Below are positions 12,255 to 23,750 of a stretch of DNA of 64,000 bases, one piece after another (position 1 is the first letter of the stretch; every line of letters starts with the position of its first letter). The notes beneath the pieces are model-generated. The model had not been told where the DNA came from. It made no database searches and saw nothing but the letters and a program-made list of their open reading frames with translations. The DNA comes from Octopus sinensis (Eukaryota). The stretch lies in the NCBI RefSeq assembly GCF_006345805.1, contig NW_021831989.1, positions 558,001 through 622,000 on the forward strand, in the 5' to 3' direction. The position numbers were made by a program, and so were the translations under genes.

Positions 12255-14235
12255 AAAATAGTTGCTCTCAAAGTCCTCTTTCGTTCAAGACCGAATTTAT
12301 ACTCTTCCAGTTTTTCAAAAGTTTGGAAAAACAGTCGACTATCTGTCTGGGAGGGTGAATTTGACTCGAAATACAGTCCGACCCCAAAATGGGGCAGACC
12401 CCAGGGGGGGGCACCCTCGGATTTTGGGGCACCCCCGCAATTTGGGGCACTTTATTCCAAAAGTACATTTTGGCAGAAAAAAAATAAAAATCGATAAAAA
12501 ATTATGGAATTTTGGGGGGCACCATAAAATCATTTATAAGGAATTAAAAATAAATAAAATTATAATAAATTAATTATTTTTTGTTTTATTTTCAATTTAT
12601 ATTTTTATTGTTGTGGTTATGGATTACGAAACTAAATTGAAGATTGCTAAAGAAATTTTGAAGAAAAATTTATCTGAGAGGCAACTAATGAAAAAGTACA
12701 ACACAAGTAAAGGAACAATATCAAGAATAAAACGAAATATTGTACCTTTCTTGCAACACGGCAATACTATTTCTGAGGAATATGACACATTTAAAGCCGA
12801 TAAAGATAATTTGATGATCAAGTCTTTGAAAATTTCAAAGACTACGCGGTAGATAAAATTCCGATTTCAGGCCCTATTTTGAAAAAAATTGCCTTAGTTA
12901 CAGCTTCAAAAATTGGATTTACTTCTTTTAAAGCTTCCAATGGGTGGCTTGATAGATTTAAATTGCGGCATGAACTTCAATTCAAGTCAATATGTGGTGA
13001 AAAAGCTTCATGTGATTTATCTTATGTGAAAAATTATTTGAAAAATATGACCAGAAAGTATTAAAATATGGACCTGAGAATATATTTAATTGTGATGAAA
13101 CTGCGCTTTTTATAAAAAGAACTCCTCAAAAATCATTTGTTGAACAAGGCGAACCGTGTTTTGGTTATAAACAAGGGAAAAAAAGACTCACTGTTCTTCT
13201 ATGCTGCAGTTTAATCGGGGAAAAACTTAATCCATTGATTATTGGAAAATATAAAAAACCTCGGTGTCTAAAAATTTTGATGTTCAAGATTTTGGGTTAT
13301 TGTATTCATCTTCTCAAAATGCATGGATGACTGGAAAGACTTTTATGAGTTGGCTTACACTTATAAATGAATCGTTTTGCAAAAACAACAGAAAAATATT
13401 ATTAATACTTGACAATGCGGGATGCCATAAAACTGCCGAATGTTCGAACATCGAATTTTTATTTTGCCGAAAAATACAACGCCCTATTTACAACCTTTGG
13501 ATATGGGAATAATCAAGATTTTTAAAGATTATTATTCCCTTTCTTAATGGAATTTTTATGTTTTCAAGATTTCGAAAACGATTTTACACATTCTATTGGT
13601 AAATTAAATTGCGTCAGGTTATGATGCTAATTTCAAAAGGATGGGAGAAAATAGATGCTAAAAGTATTGTTAATTGTTGGAAGAAAATCGACAGGAACCG
13701 TGATTCTTATGCAACAAAAAACTGTCTAACAGATGAACATTTAGATCAAGTTGTTAACGAAACATTGATGGAGAATGCGAAGACATGAACAATAATGTTT
13801 ATGATACATATTCAGAAACCGAAAATAGTGAAAATGTCGTAGCAAAAACAAAAGATCTGCTAACAATTTAGAAGAAAAAATTTCTAATGTTGCACCAAGT
13901 ATGCTCCGAGATTTTTTTGATTTTCGGCTGAAATTGACGAACAATATCAGACAAAACTCTACAAATAAAAAGAAAATAACTGAATATTTTAGTAAAAATG
14001 TTTTTTGATGTTTATTAATGGTTTAATTTTTAAAAAAATAACAAACCCCTGTTTTTGGGGCACCCCCGCATTTTGGGGCACTTGGTGCCCCATTTGGGGG
14101 TCGGACTGTATGCAGTTGTCGGCGGGTTATTTGCAAGATAAGAATATTTTTGCATACACGGGATCACTATGCGTCCATTGCAAAAAAGCAGACAGTGATT
14201 ATGTCCGAAGACATAATAAAGTGTTAAAGTATATC
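12255..14235 (+). pseudogene. Fragment of an R4/NeSL-like RLE retrotransposon, split by the pogo element (pieces ~12255-12373 and 14109-14235)
   Basis: Joining across the TA site gives ...LTRNMQLSAGYLQDKNIF..CVHCKKADSDYVRRHNKVLKYI, a CCHC-like plus RHN motif that precedes RLE domains. Confidence 0.5.
12374..14108 (+). mobile_element. pogo/Tigger DNA transposon with both TIRs, defective CENP-B-like transposase
   Basis: TIRs CAGTCCGACCCC(A/C)AAATGGGGCA, flanked by TA on both sides. Motifs ASNGWLDRFK, FNCDETAL, LILDNAGCH, LQPLDMGII, with frameshifts. Confidence 0.92.
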
Positions 14236-14620
14236 ACGAGTTGCTCCCAAAAGACCTTGGGGAGTGAACAGTAAGTTTTTTGCGGATGGGAAAAGACCAG
14301 AGCAGGGAAAAAATGATCAGTTGAGCACTTGTCAACATAGCAAAAGCTACAGAAAAAAGAGATCAAATGGTTCATTAAGTGAGGTAAAAGTTTAAAAAGT
14401 GGTAATAACACAAGCGAAAAAATGCAAGGTTGATCTGAGAAGAGCGCTCCAAAAGCAATTCGGGGGGATCAACTTCTGGTGGAAGTTTTTTGAGGACGGG
14501 GTTAGGCGTCAGTCTTAGAATGGACAAGGTAGAAATAAAATCGTGGATTTTTTTATAAACTGTGAACATTGGTTTAAGCCTTTGAATTTACCAAGGATCC
14601 GGAAGTATTGTTTTGCAGAC
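14235..14620 (-). mobile_element. Diverged fragment of the same LINE family as 1971-7430
   Basis: Nucleotide and peptide similarity to 2040-2390 (KKIHDFIST..ILRL.PN.VL.KLPPEV.P.E.LLERS.QINLA). Confidence 0.8.
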
Positions 14621-15143
14621 GTGCTTTTTGGTGCATCTTAATTGAATTTTGTAAAGTTTTTTGTATTTTAATTTCCCCCAAAACGTTTTAGGCATTAAAG
14701 TTATGACTTTTAGCTTTGCTTGACAACTGATTTACCATGTTTAGGAAATTAATGTAAATTACCATTTGAACAGTCGAGAGTTATTGATTAAGTTGTTATC
14801 AAGTTGTTCAAATTTTTAATTTTTATCTTTTTCCGCTATTTAACATTCATTACTTCAAATTTTGAATATTGTGTTACTAACGATAAATTTTTATTTTTTA
14901 CGATATGAGGCTGAATTTTAAATACAGTAACATCTCAGACACGGAAATAAAAATCTATGCTAATTCAGGTTATTGGTAATACTATTTTTCATTTACCGGG
15001 AGGCTACTCTTCCGGATCTAAAAGCGAAAATTAAGCCGAATTTGATAACAGAACTTTTCTGTTTTGAAAGATATCGAAAAGATCAGGAAAATTCTCAATC
15101 ATGTCAGTGGAGTATTTAGTAAATGGATTCCGAAAGTGTGAAG

Positions 15144-16530
15144 GGTACTGTTGCATTTCATCCTGCATGAAAATAGCCTCTAAATGAATTAATAAAAATT
15201 TTTATGAATATTAGATCGAAAATTTAAAAAATTAAACTATGCCGAATTTGTAAATTTTATTCTAATTTTTTTTAAAAAAAATTGAATTTTTACCGGCTTG
15301 TAGAGATGAATGATACAGTTGTCATGCGAAAATTTGCAAAACTGAAGGACTATGAACTTCCCCGTACTGAAATGGAGTCAGTTGCCTTCCTTCAAGAGGT
15401 TGGAATCTTTCCCAAAGAAAAAAAATGTCAAAACAGACATTTTATGACCCTTCTCCAACAGCAGGAGAATACAACATGGGTGTGCCATAAAAGTGGGTGT
15501 CGAACATATAGTTCTATTAGAAACGGTATAAGAGAGTACTTTATTTTTAGGTACGTGGCTCGAAGGCACGAAAGTGACCTTACAGTCATGTATTCGATTT
15601 ATGTACATGTGGAGTTTCGACAGACACAGTATTTTATGGTGTCGACGTCAACTGGAATGGAGCGGCCATACAATTCGTAATTGGTCTCACTCCCTGCGAG
15701 AGGTTTGCGCATATTATTTAGCAAATCGTCCGAACACACTGATTGGTATTAGTGTTCCATTAGATTGTTAGGTGGTATTGGCAAAGTTGTCCAAGTTGAC
15801 GAATGCATGTTTTAAACGGAAAAACAATGCAGGACGGATTCTCCTCGACAATGGGTGTTGGGGGAATCTGTCGTGGAAGTAAGACTGTTTCATCAAGATG
15901 GTTCCAGATCGTTCCAAAAGAACTCTAACCGCCGCAATACAGGAAAATATCGCACCGGGATCAGTGATACACACTGACAAATGGAAGGGTAATTCTACTT
16001 TATTCTTGCTAATAGGTTATTCAACGCCAGATCAATGCTCTTGCTTATGTGCATAAGAGACAAAGGGGGCCCCGCGTCACTTCATGGGTGCATATTTTCC
16101 AGGTATTAAATACTCCTAATAACATTTATAGAATTTTTATGGAGAAGGCAAGCAAGTGAGCATTTAGACAACTCCTTCGATGAGCTAATAGATGCCATCG
16201 TCAAATTTTGTCCGCCGAATATCACGCTTCGTACTATCAGCTGACCTTTTTTGTTGTAATAAGATTTTTTCACTGAGGGAATGATGATAAGCATCTTTAT
16301 TAACCAACAACTGTGTCTTTTTAGACAAGTGGTCGTTAATAGCTCAGATTTAATTTTGTCGGTATTGTTTTGACACCACTAAGCCGGTAAAAAATTTAAA
16401 TTTAAAAAATAAAATAAAATTTACAAAATCGGCATAGTTCAATTTTTTAAATTTTTGATCTAATATTCATAAAAATTTTCATTAATTCATTTAGATGCTA
16501 TTTTCGTGCAGGATGAAATGCACAAGTACC
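15144..16530 (+). mobile_element. Merlin (IS1016/ISXO2-like) DNA transposon with ~150-bp TIRs and an intron-split transposase (~15306-16244), internally deleted
   Basis: TIRs begin GGTACT (15144-~15299 and ~16381-16530). Spliced peptide SIRNGTWLEG ... LIGGIGKVVQVDEC ... QWVLGGICR ... IHTDKWKGY ... EFLWRR. Introns at 15526-15550, 15746-15771, 15989-16015, 16103-16131. Confidence 0.88.
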
Positions 16531-17130
16531 GAAGCCTTAGCGGATAAAATTATTATTGAAAATATTAAGTTAAAATTATTTAAATTGACTAAAAGTCTGG
16601 TAGAAAGCGTAATTTCTTGTGGGTTCACTTCGATAAATATATTATTCCGGGAAAGACTGGCAATCGAGCCAGATGCCGTAATTGCGGGAAGGAGGTACAT
16701 GGTCTCGTATCCCGGATGAGGCAGCATTATTTGTTATACCAAACTAATTTTGATGTCTCTGAAAATTATTTGTTATACCGAACAATTGAATGTGGTTTAA
16801 TCAGCGAATTGCCTTAGAGGATTAGGGACCAATCATTAATTAATTTTGTTACTGTGATGACGTTATTGAATAAAAAATTGATGTAACTATTCTAAAAACA
16901 CTTCTTTTGCTGCTTTCTTTGAGTATTATGCTGAACATTATTAATATGCTTCCCCAGCTCTGATTAATTTAAGCAATACATGTTCGCTCTAAACTTATTG
17001 AGTTAATTATCACTTTGTGGGAGTCGAACTCTTACCTTCTAAAACAATTCCACTTTTCAAAAAAAATTTTGGTGCAGCCGCCTAACAGGTGGAATAGAAC
17101 GAATTTTTTCGACTTTTGGATTCTTACATT

Positions 17131-17765
17131 ATTATTATTATTATTTAAGCCAAACAAAATCACCGTCTTAACCATTAACTAACACGTTCAGGTGATTCCG
17201 ACACTTCTCAACAGTCGAGCCATCTTTTCACGATGTTCCTACCGTGACCCCACACACTTTCTGTATGTACGGTGAATGGTTTGTGGTCCATTTCCACGAT
17301 CCCCCCCATTTGCCTCTACGAGAGACTCTAGTGTTCTATGGACAATTTCCCTATCGGTATGGTCCTTCAGCAGGTTGATAGATCTTTCTTGAATTTTTTC
17401 GATTTTTAGCCGGTTCGTTGCCGCTAGGTTACAGCCCCAAGCAGCACATGCATAGCCTATTGTTGGCTCGATATACTGCTTGTAAAGGGTCTCTACCCCT
17501 GGCGGATAAGTTCTCCCACAGTTCCAAGGAAAGTATCAAACGTTACTCCCAATATTCTGTGTTTTCTTTTGTGGTATTGGAATTCCGTTCAACGTGACAT
17601 CAATAGTTTTCGTCCCCATCTTCTATTTTTTTTTCGTGAATAGAGTGACTGCTGACTTTTCGGAACATGCATGTAGTCTGTTTTCATATAGCCATCCATA
17701 TAGTCGTCCAGTATTTCTTTTGTAGTCTTTCCTTCGCGTATTCGACATTTACATCCCTAGATGCG
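17131..17765 (-). mobile_element. 5'-truncated Jockey/I-type LINE with (TAA)n tail
   Basis: Minus-strand KQYIEPTIGYACAAWG...KIEKIQERSINL. (ATT)n at 17128-17145. Second copy at 27768-28065. Confidence 0.75.
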
Positions 17766-17787
17766 ACATTAGATTACGAAATGGTTT

Positions 17788-18946
17788 ATTATTATTATTA
17801 TTGCAAAATACGTAGATATATATAGTTATAATTTTACTCGTGCAGCATTAAAAACAATCCTTTGAACCAGCCTCCTCCAACCTCCTCTGTCGTGAGCGAG
17901 TTTCCTCAGCTCGTCCAGATCCTCACCACTCCTTAGCCTTTCTTCACACATTTCAGGTCTCCGTCAAGTGTTTCCGGCAGCGTAACACGTGGACGTCCAC
18001 GGAAGCTCGATCCCTCTTTCAGGAAGTAGCCCTCCATTGCTATGTTAGCTGGGGCAAGCATGTCCATTCGTAGAATATGGCCAAATAACCTCCACCGCAT
18101 ATTGACGATTTCCACACTCAGAGGGCCAGTTCTGCATCTATTGTATAGCGATTCCTGGTTGATTCTTATAGGCCAGTTCAATCCCAGTAGGGATCTAAGT
18201 TGCCTGCGGTGAAAAGAATCGAGTCCACGTTGTTCAGTACTAGACATTCCCCAGGTCGCCGAATTATATGTCAGGATTGGTTTGACAAAGGCTTCATACA
18301 TCCTCAGACGAAGTGACGTACAGAGTCGTCGTTTGCCGATCCACTCTTTCTTTATCTTGTTCATCGTGGCCCAAGCGAGAGCCTTTCTTCTGACAATATC
18401 ATGGCCGTCCCCAAGTAGAGAACCGAGTTTGTTCGTTTTGCGCCAGGCTTCACTTGAGCTGCTCTCCATCCTCATGATTTCAACGATGTCGGTTTTTTCC
18501 AACGTTCATTTTAAGGAACCATCTGTTCAGCTCAGCAGGTGCCACTTCAAGGAGTCGAAGTAAGGCCGATTTGTCGTCTGACACGAAGTCGACGTCATCT
18601 GCATATACAATTTCGACGATATTGCCAGCATAGAATTTTCGAAGGTCTCGTAGTGCCGTCTCCAGATAGATCACGAATAGCAACGGCGAGAGGGCGTCTC
18701 CCTGAGGGGTACCGACGTTGCACGTGAATTCACGGGAAAACGCCGTGCCGACCCGCACCTTGAGCTTTGTGTTCGATAGTAGTACTCTTATCATATTGAT
18801 AGAGTCAGGGTCCAGGAATTGTTCCAGTATTTTGAGGAGTAGACCACGGCGTACCGTGTCAAGGGCCTAGACAGGTCTATTCCCAGGACTGTTGTTGCAC
18901 TTTTGTATTCTGGATACGTCCCTAACCCTAACCCTAACCCTAACCC
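17788..18946 (-). mobile_element. 5'-truncated RTE/RTEX-like LINE with (TAA)n tail
   Basis: GIDLSR..DTVRR, TPQGDALSP, YADD, LYEAFVKPILTY-like segment, RWRLFGHILR, GRPRVT. TSD TACGAAAT(A)GGTTT at 17775-17787 and 18948-18961. Confidence 0.9.
18920..18946 (-). repeat. Interstitial telomeric repeat, (TTAGGG)4.5
   Basis: CCCTAACCCTAACCCTAACCCTAACCC read directly on the + strand. Confidence 0.97.
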
Positions 18947-19146
18947 GTACGAAATAGGTTTGGAATTGAAAAGACTGCCAAACTTGTCTTTATTTACAAG
19001 CTTTTAAATAAATACGATTTCTATTGTTTTCATTTTTATTTATTTTGAATAATCTTTTAAACCAGCTTAGTCCAGCCCTCAGTGCATGATCCCAAAAAGG
19101 CCTGACAAGCCGATGCATGCCAGGCCCGATAGGCACTTTCCATGCC

Positions 19147-21677
19147 AATCTAATTTGTTGGTGTTAAAAACAGGCGTTTCCTTTTTATGCCCGCAACCAC
19201 TTAGGGTCGCAATATATTTTTCTTTGACAGTTTTGAAACGAAAAATTTTTATTTTAAAAGAGGCGATTAGTAAAGGGTAGATAAAGACTTCGGCATTCCT
19301 GCTTTTTCAGTCCCGCACACACGCTCACCTCTCAGCCTCAAACTAAGATTTACCTCCTTACCTGCAATCCGGCTAGCCCACCCAGACATTATCTTCTCTA
19401 AGACCTCAGGGAGGCCTTTGAGGGACAATTCCTGGGTGTCCGAGAGCTCCACTCACCATCCTAAGCCATGGGCTAGCCGGATGGCTCGTCTTCTGACTTT
19501 CTTGAGCGCGTCAACGTACTTCTCCCGGTCCTCGCAGAAGTGCCAGGCATGAACGCCATATGTCAACACGGGTAACACCATGGCGTTAAACACGCGTAGC
19601 CAAGCACCTCTCCGCAGCCGGAAAGCACGCAACGCGCCTAATCGCTGCATTGCAGGCATTTTCGTACGTGCAATGTGATCATCCAACTTACCGGTCGGGT
19701 TGAAGAAACGAAAAATTTGGATATTTCCCAACGAAACGAAAAATTTTATTTCAAAATAAAAGGCTGTTAGTAGAGGGTATAATTCAAGAGCACCCCCAAA
19801 TAAGTCATTCGATCAACTGCAGCAATTGCTGACTCGTTCAGCAATAACCTAGGGACGTAATTGATGTAACCCCTCGTCCTTTTACAGACTTTGAGAACAC
19901 TGCACTTGTCCGCACGCATCTTTAGACCTCTACTCCCACACCAGTTTATAAGTCCATTCACAGCAACCTGTAGCCTACGACACGAACACTCAGGTTTCAT
20001 CGAGTGATCCCAGAGGATGATGTCGTCTGCATAAATCACCATTTCAGTACGAGCATTGACTGGGATGGGCGCAGAAGCCATAAAGACATTAAAAAGCGTG
20101 TGACTCACCAAAGAGCCCTGAGGGACCCCGCGAAGGACTGTTCTGACTTTAGAAAAGACCCCCTGATTCCGCACGACCTGTCCGCGAGATCCAGACCCGC
20201 CGCAGTGTTCTTACTTCGGGAGATCGCTGCCAGAATCTCCGCTTCGGAAATATCGCCTGCATCGTTTTTTGATATGCCCAGCTGGCAGCGCTTGTCCCAC
20301 GTCAATATCTGCTGGACAGTATCAAAGGACGATGTCTCCACGAACTGGCTTCCGTCAGTTCCAGAGATGTCATCGAGGTGGGTTGAAAATATTTCAGCCA
20401 CCTCAACCGGGTCCGAAACAAAGGTTCCATCAGAGCGTTTAAGGCGCACTGAATTTGCTACCCCCTCTCCCCGACAAGCTCTTCAACTGTTTCCAGAAGT
20501 CTGGGAAGCGGGCGTCTAGGCGTCTGCAGGCTCGCTCCCATCGTGAACTTTCGAGTTCGCGGATTTCTCTTCGAATCTCCCTCTGAAGTCGGCTAATCCA
20601 GCCACCAAACCAAACACGGTTTTCCTCGTAAACGCATTTGTCCCGTAGTCTGGATAGCCGGCGCTTAAACCTAATTTTATTTAAGACTTGGTACGGGAGC
20701 GTGGAATGTGACTTACCCTGCACTGAGTTCTGTTTGAAATTATCTCGCATATAATCAGTCAGGTCAACATTGATTCCATTTCCAGGTTGTCCCAAGAACC
20801 CGACCGGAGGTCGAAGTATCCCGGAACCCTTTGAGGGACTGGCTCGCGGAGTTCGTGCAATAGAGGCAGATGGTAGCTTCCAATATCGGGCAATAAAATT
20901 GTTTTACTAACCAAATTTAGCATTCCAGGACTGACCAAAGCAAGCCCTAGCCAGTCTCGTCCGCCTCGCGAATCGATGTGGTTTGGCTCACTTGAAGACC
21001 GGACTTCCAGCCCGAGGTCTTCAACCAGCGTTTTCAGAGCCAAACCATGCGCGTTGGTTACCCTGAAACCTAGCTCTATGTGCTTGGCATTCAGGTCTCC
21101 AACAACCATCGCCTTCGGATGCTTTCCAAAGAACTCCCACACGTGCCAGGAACACGCCGTAAAGTTCTTGAATACATCGCCCCTAGGTAAAATGTAAAGT
21201 TACCTATACGAGGCTAGTTCCCGTGCCACATATTGACCCCTGTTTCCAGGGTATGCGACAACAGTTGTAGCCATCAACTACGTACGGACCCCCCTTTACC
21301 TTCGTTTCGTTGACCACCAGAATGTCCGCACTCGTGGTGGCCAACATGCTCTGAACGTGTCTCCTTTACCGGACAAGGAGCGCTCGTTCACCGATATAAT
21401 GATGACCATCATATCGGCTCCTCGCCAAGGATTTTCTTGGCCTCAGCCATTTTGCAATGTAGCATATCAGCTATACTGCACTTCGTCGCCCTACATAATT
21501 TAAGTAGGAGCACACACAACCGCACCGCAGGACTAATAGTGTCCTGGGCGCTCGCCAGAAGGGGAGTGCGGTGGCATTTCCACGTATGGAAGACGCCTTT
21601 TCCCCTAGATTAATTTAATTTGTTTGTATTAAAAGCAGGCGTTTCTTTTTTATGCCCACAACCACTTAGGGTCGCAA
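19147..21677 (-). mobile_element. Jockey-like LINE (APE + internally deleted RT), bounded by ~66-bp direct repeats
   Basis: APE motifs VNETK, VGDLNAKH, DIGSYH. RT motifs VPQGS, YADD, YLG. Direct repeats at 19147-19212 and 21612-21677 (60/66 identical). Confidence 0.8.
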
Positions 21678-22149
21678 AATATTGGATATTTCCCCACATG
21701 CTTGTTGAGCTACTCGTAAATAATTCAAACAACAAAATGTATATATCTTGTAGACTTCCTGAAAGAATGACAAATATTCAATGAATTAAGTATTATATAA
21801 TAAGAATCGTTAAACTTTTTAATAGAATACATTTCAAAGATATGTATTGATACATTTTCCAATTAAAACAATATGTTCTCCTCTTACTTAAACTCTTCAC
21901 TTAATCTATGATTTGTCATTCTTTAAGCAACTCTTTTAGTGCTAGTATTCCTTTAAAATCCCCAACATATTTTGGTGATTAGAGATGAACCGACAGTCTC
22001 ACGGGTGTTGATACCATCCATATCTACTGTGACCATCTTTTCTGTTATTTGAGACTCTAGGTCACAATGGGGAAACTAAGATATTAAGAAAAATTCATTT
22101 AAAGAAAAACAAGTCTTAATTTTTTGTTATAGAATAACCATCAATTGAA

Positions 22150-23750
22150 AATAGAGAAGTTAACTAAATTAGATGAGTCGCCGAGCGAATGGACAGGCAA
22201 TTTCCACGTAATATCGCGAACGATATCCGCTGAAAAAGGCAGCTCGTTTCACGATTATCATGACTCCTCCTCGAGATGATTAAACCAATCTCTGAGAGGA
22301 GTTTGAAGGCTTTGGGTCCAATTATCCCACTGGTCTCGAAAGCCAGAGGAATGAAGCAGCAGGTATCGGTCAAAGAACCATATTTTGCAGTTTTCCTAGA
22401 TTCGGCAAGGGCAGATGCAGATCCAGGACGAAGAGCGGAGTCAACCAACGATCATGAGAAAAATGAGTCTACGCAGGTAACATCCCACACGAGTGCCATT
22501 CCCTCCCTAAACGGGAATAAAGTCGACCCGTCAGAGCGTTTTCCGTCCCCACGGTCTAGTCCTATCGGTTCTAATATCGAGGGGAATCCAGAGGCGTTAA
22601 GCGCGCGCTTCACAACGTCGTTCAATGAGGCGTGCCTGGGAATCTTGCCGGCACAGAGGCGACAAGAGAGAGGGTGTAAACCTCTCCTGTCAATGAGTTG
22701 TTTACATCTGCAATGGTACGGCTGGCAAATCTCTATGCCAAGCCGTAAACAGATTCCGATGTGGACTGATTCGTCGTCCAGGAACATGCCCGCTGACGAG
22801 ATCGGTAACGCATTCAGCCAATCGCCCGAATGCGGTTGACAGGCACAATTAATGCTTGCCAACTGAAACTGATCGGCGTGTGACCGGATATCTTCAATTA
22901 TGTGAGAACAATATATGTTGTCCCAGTTCTTTTGAGCCGACGGAATGTCCAGGACTTTAAGCCCCCGAGAAACCCACACGTTGACACCAGCCGCATATTC
23001 CAACAACTCGCACTGTTCAGAAGAGGGAAAAAGAACAGAGTTGACGAAATTAGTGGAAGCGGACAACGATGATAGGTAACACGGAAAGGATAAGTCGCGG
23101 CAAGAGCGAATACCGATGCCCACATAACGGATGGGGAAATTAGCACGCACCATATCATCAAATTTGAGTTTTATGTTTACCAGTAGCCCAAGGGCTTTGG
23201 AAACCAGATTATCCAGGCGAGATAAGTATTCTTGTTCTCGGAAGCACGGCGTAGAGCGCATGAGAAAAATAAGTTTCGGAATAAAGAGATAGTTCTTGAG
23301 TAGAAAAAGCCCGAGGTGTGATTCGAGTTTACAGATACGCGAAATGAGGATTTCTATCTCCTCTTTTTTGTTAGCCAGAGCCTTCTTAGTACCCTTACCA
23401 CTGATTGGTGATCCGAGGATAATCAGGTCGTTAAAAGCGGTGATTCTCAAATGCTCAATACGATGAGCTAAAGTTGAGAAGATAGATTTAAATTTGAGTG
23501 GATTTGCAGACAGGCGGATTAGTTCAAAACGAGTCTGATAGAAGCAAATCCAGAAATAATTCTTGTGACATCATTTTTCACGACCTCCAAATCTCCACCA
23601 AGTGTGACGTCATCAAGATACCAAAGATTGACTTTTGAAGATAATTGAGACGCAATATGATGCACTCCTAGGGAGATCAAAAGAGGCCCCAATGGGTCAC
23701 CCTGTTGGATCCCCGATTCAGACATAATAACGTTGTCAGCAAACAATTTT
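22150..23750 (-). mobile_element. CRE-clade retrotransposon, 5'-truncated (RT 3' half + RLE)
   Basis: ORFs 23519-23746 (IQQGDPLGP, WYLDD), 22452-23450 (CRCK..GLHPLSC..RHASLND..RGDGKRSDG..WDVTC) and 22164-22448 (FETSG..FAILRGN). Confidence 0.9.

Larger units (their letters stand above)
16600..19030 (+). pseudogene. BED-finger hAT transposase remnant, interrupted by two LINE insertions
   Basis: WVHFDKYIIPGKTGNRARCRNCGKEVHGLVSRMRQH (BED finger) at 16617. Dimerization motif GGIERIFSTFGFLH at ~17085-17130 resumes as RNRFGIEKTAKLVFIYKLL at 18949. Confidence 0.75.
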
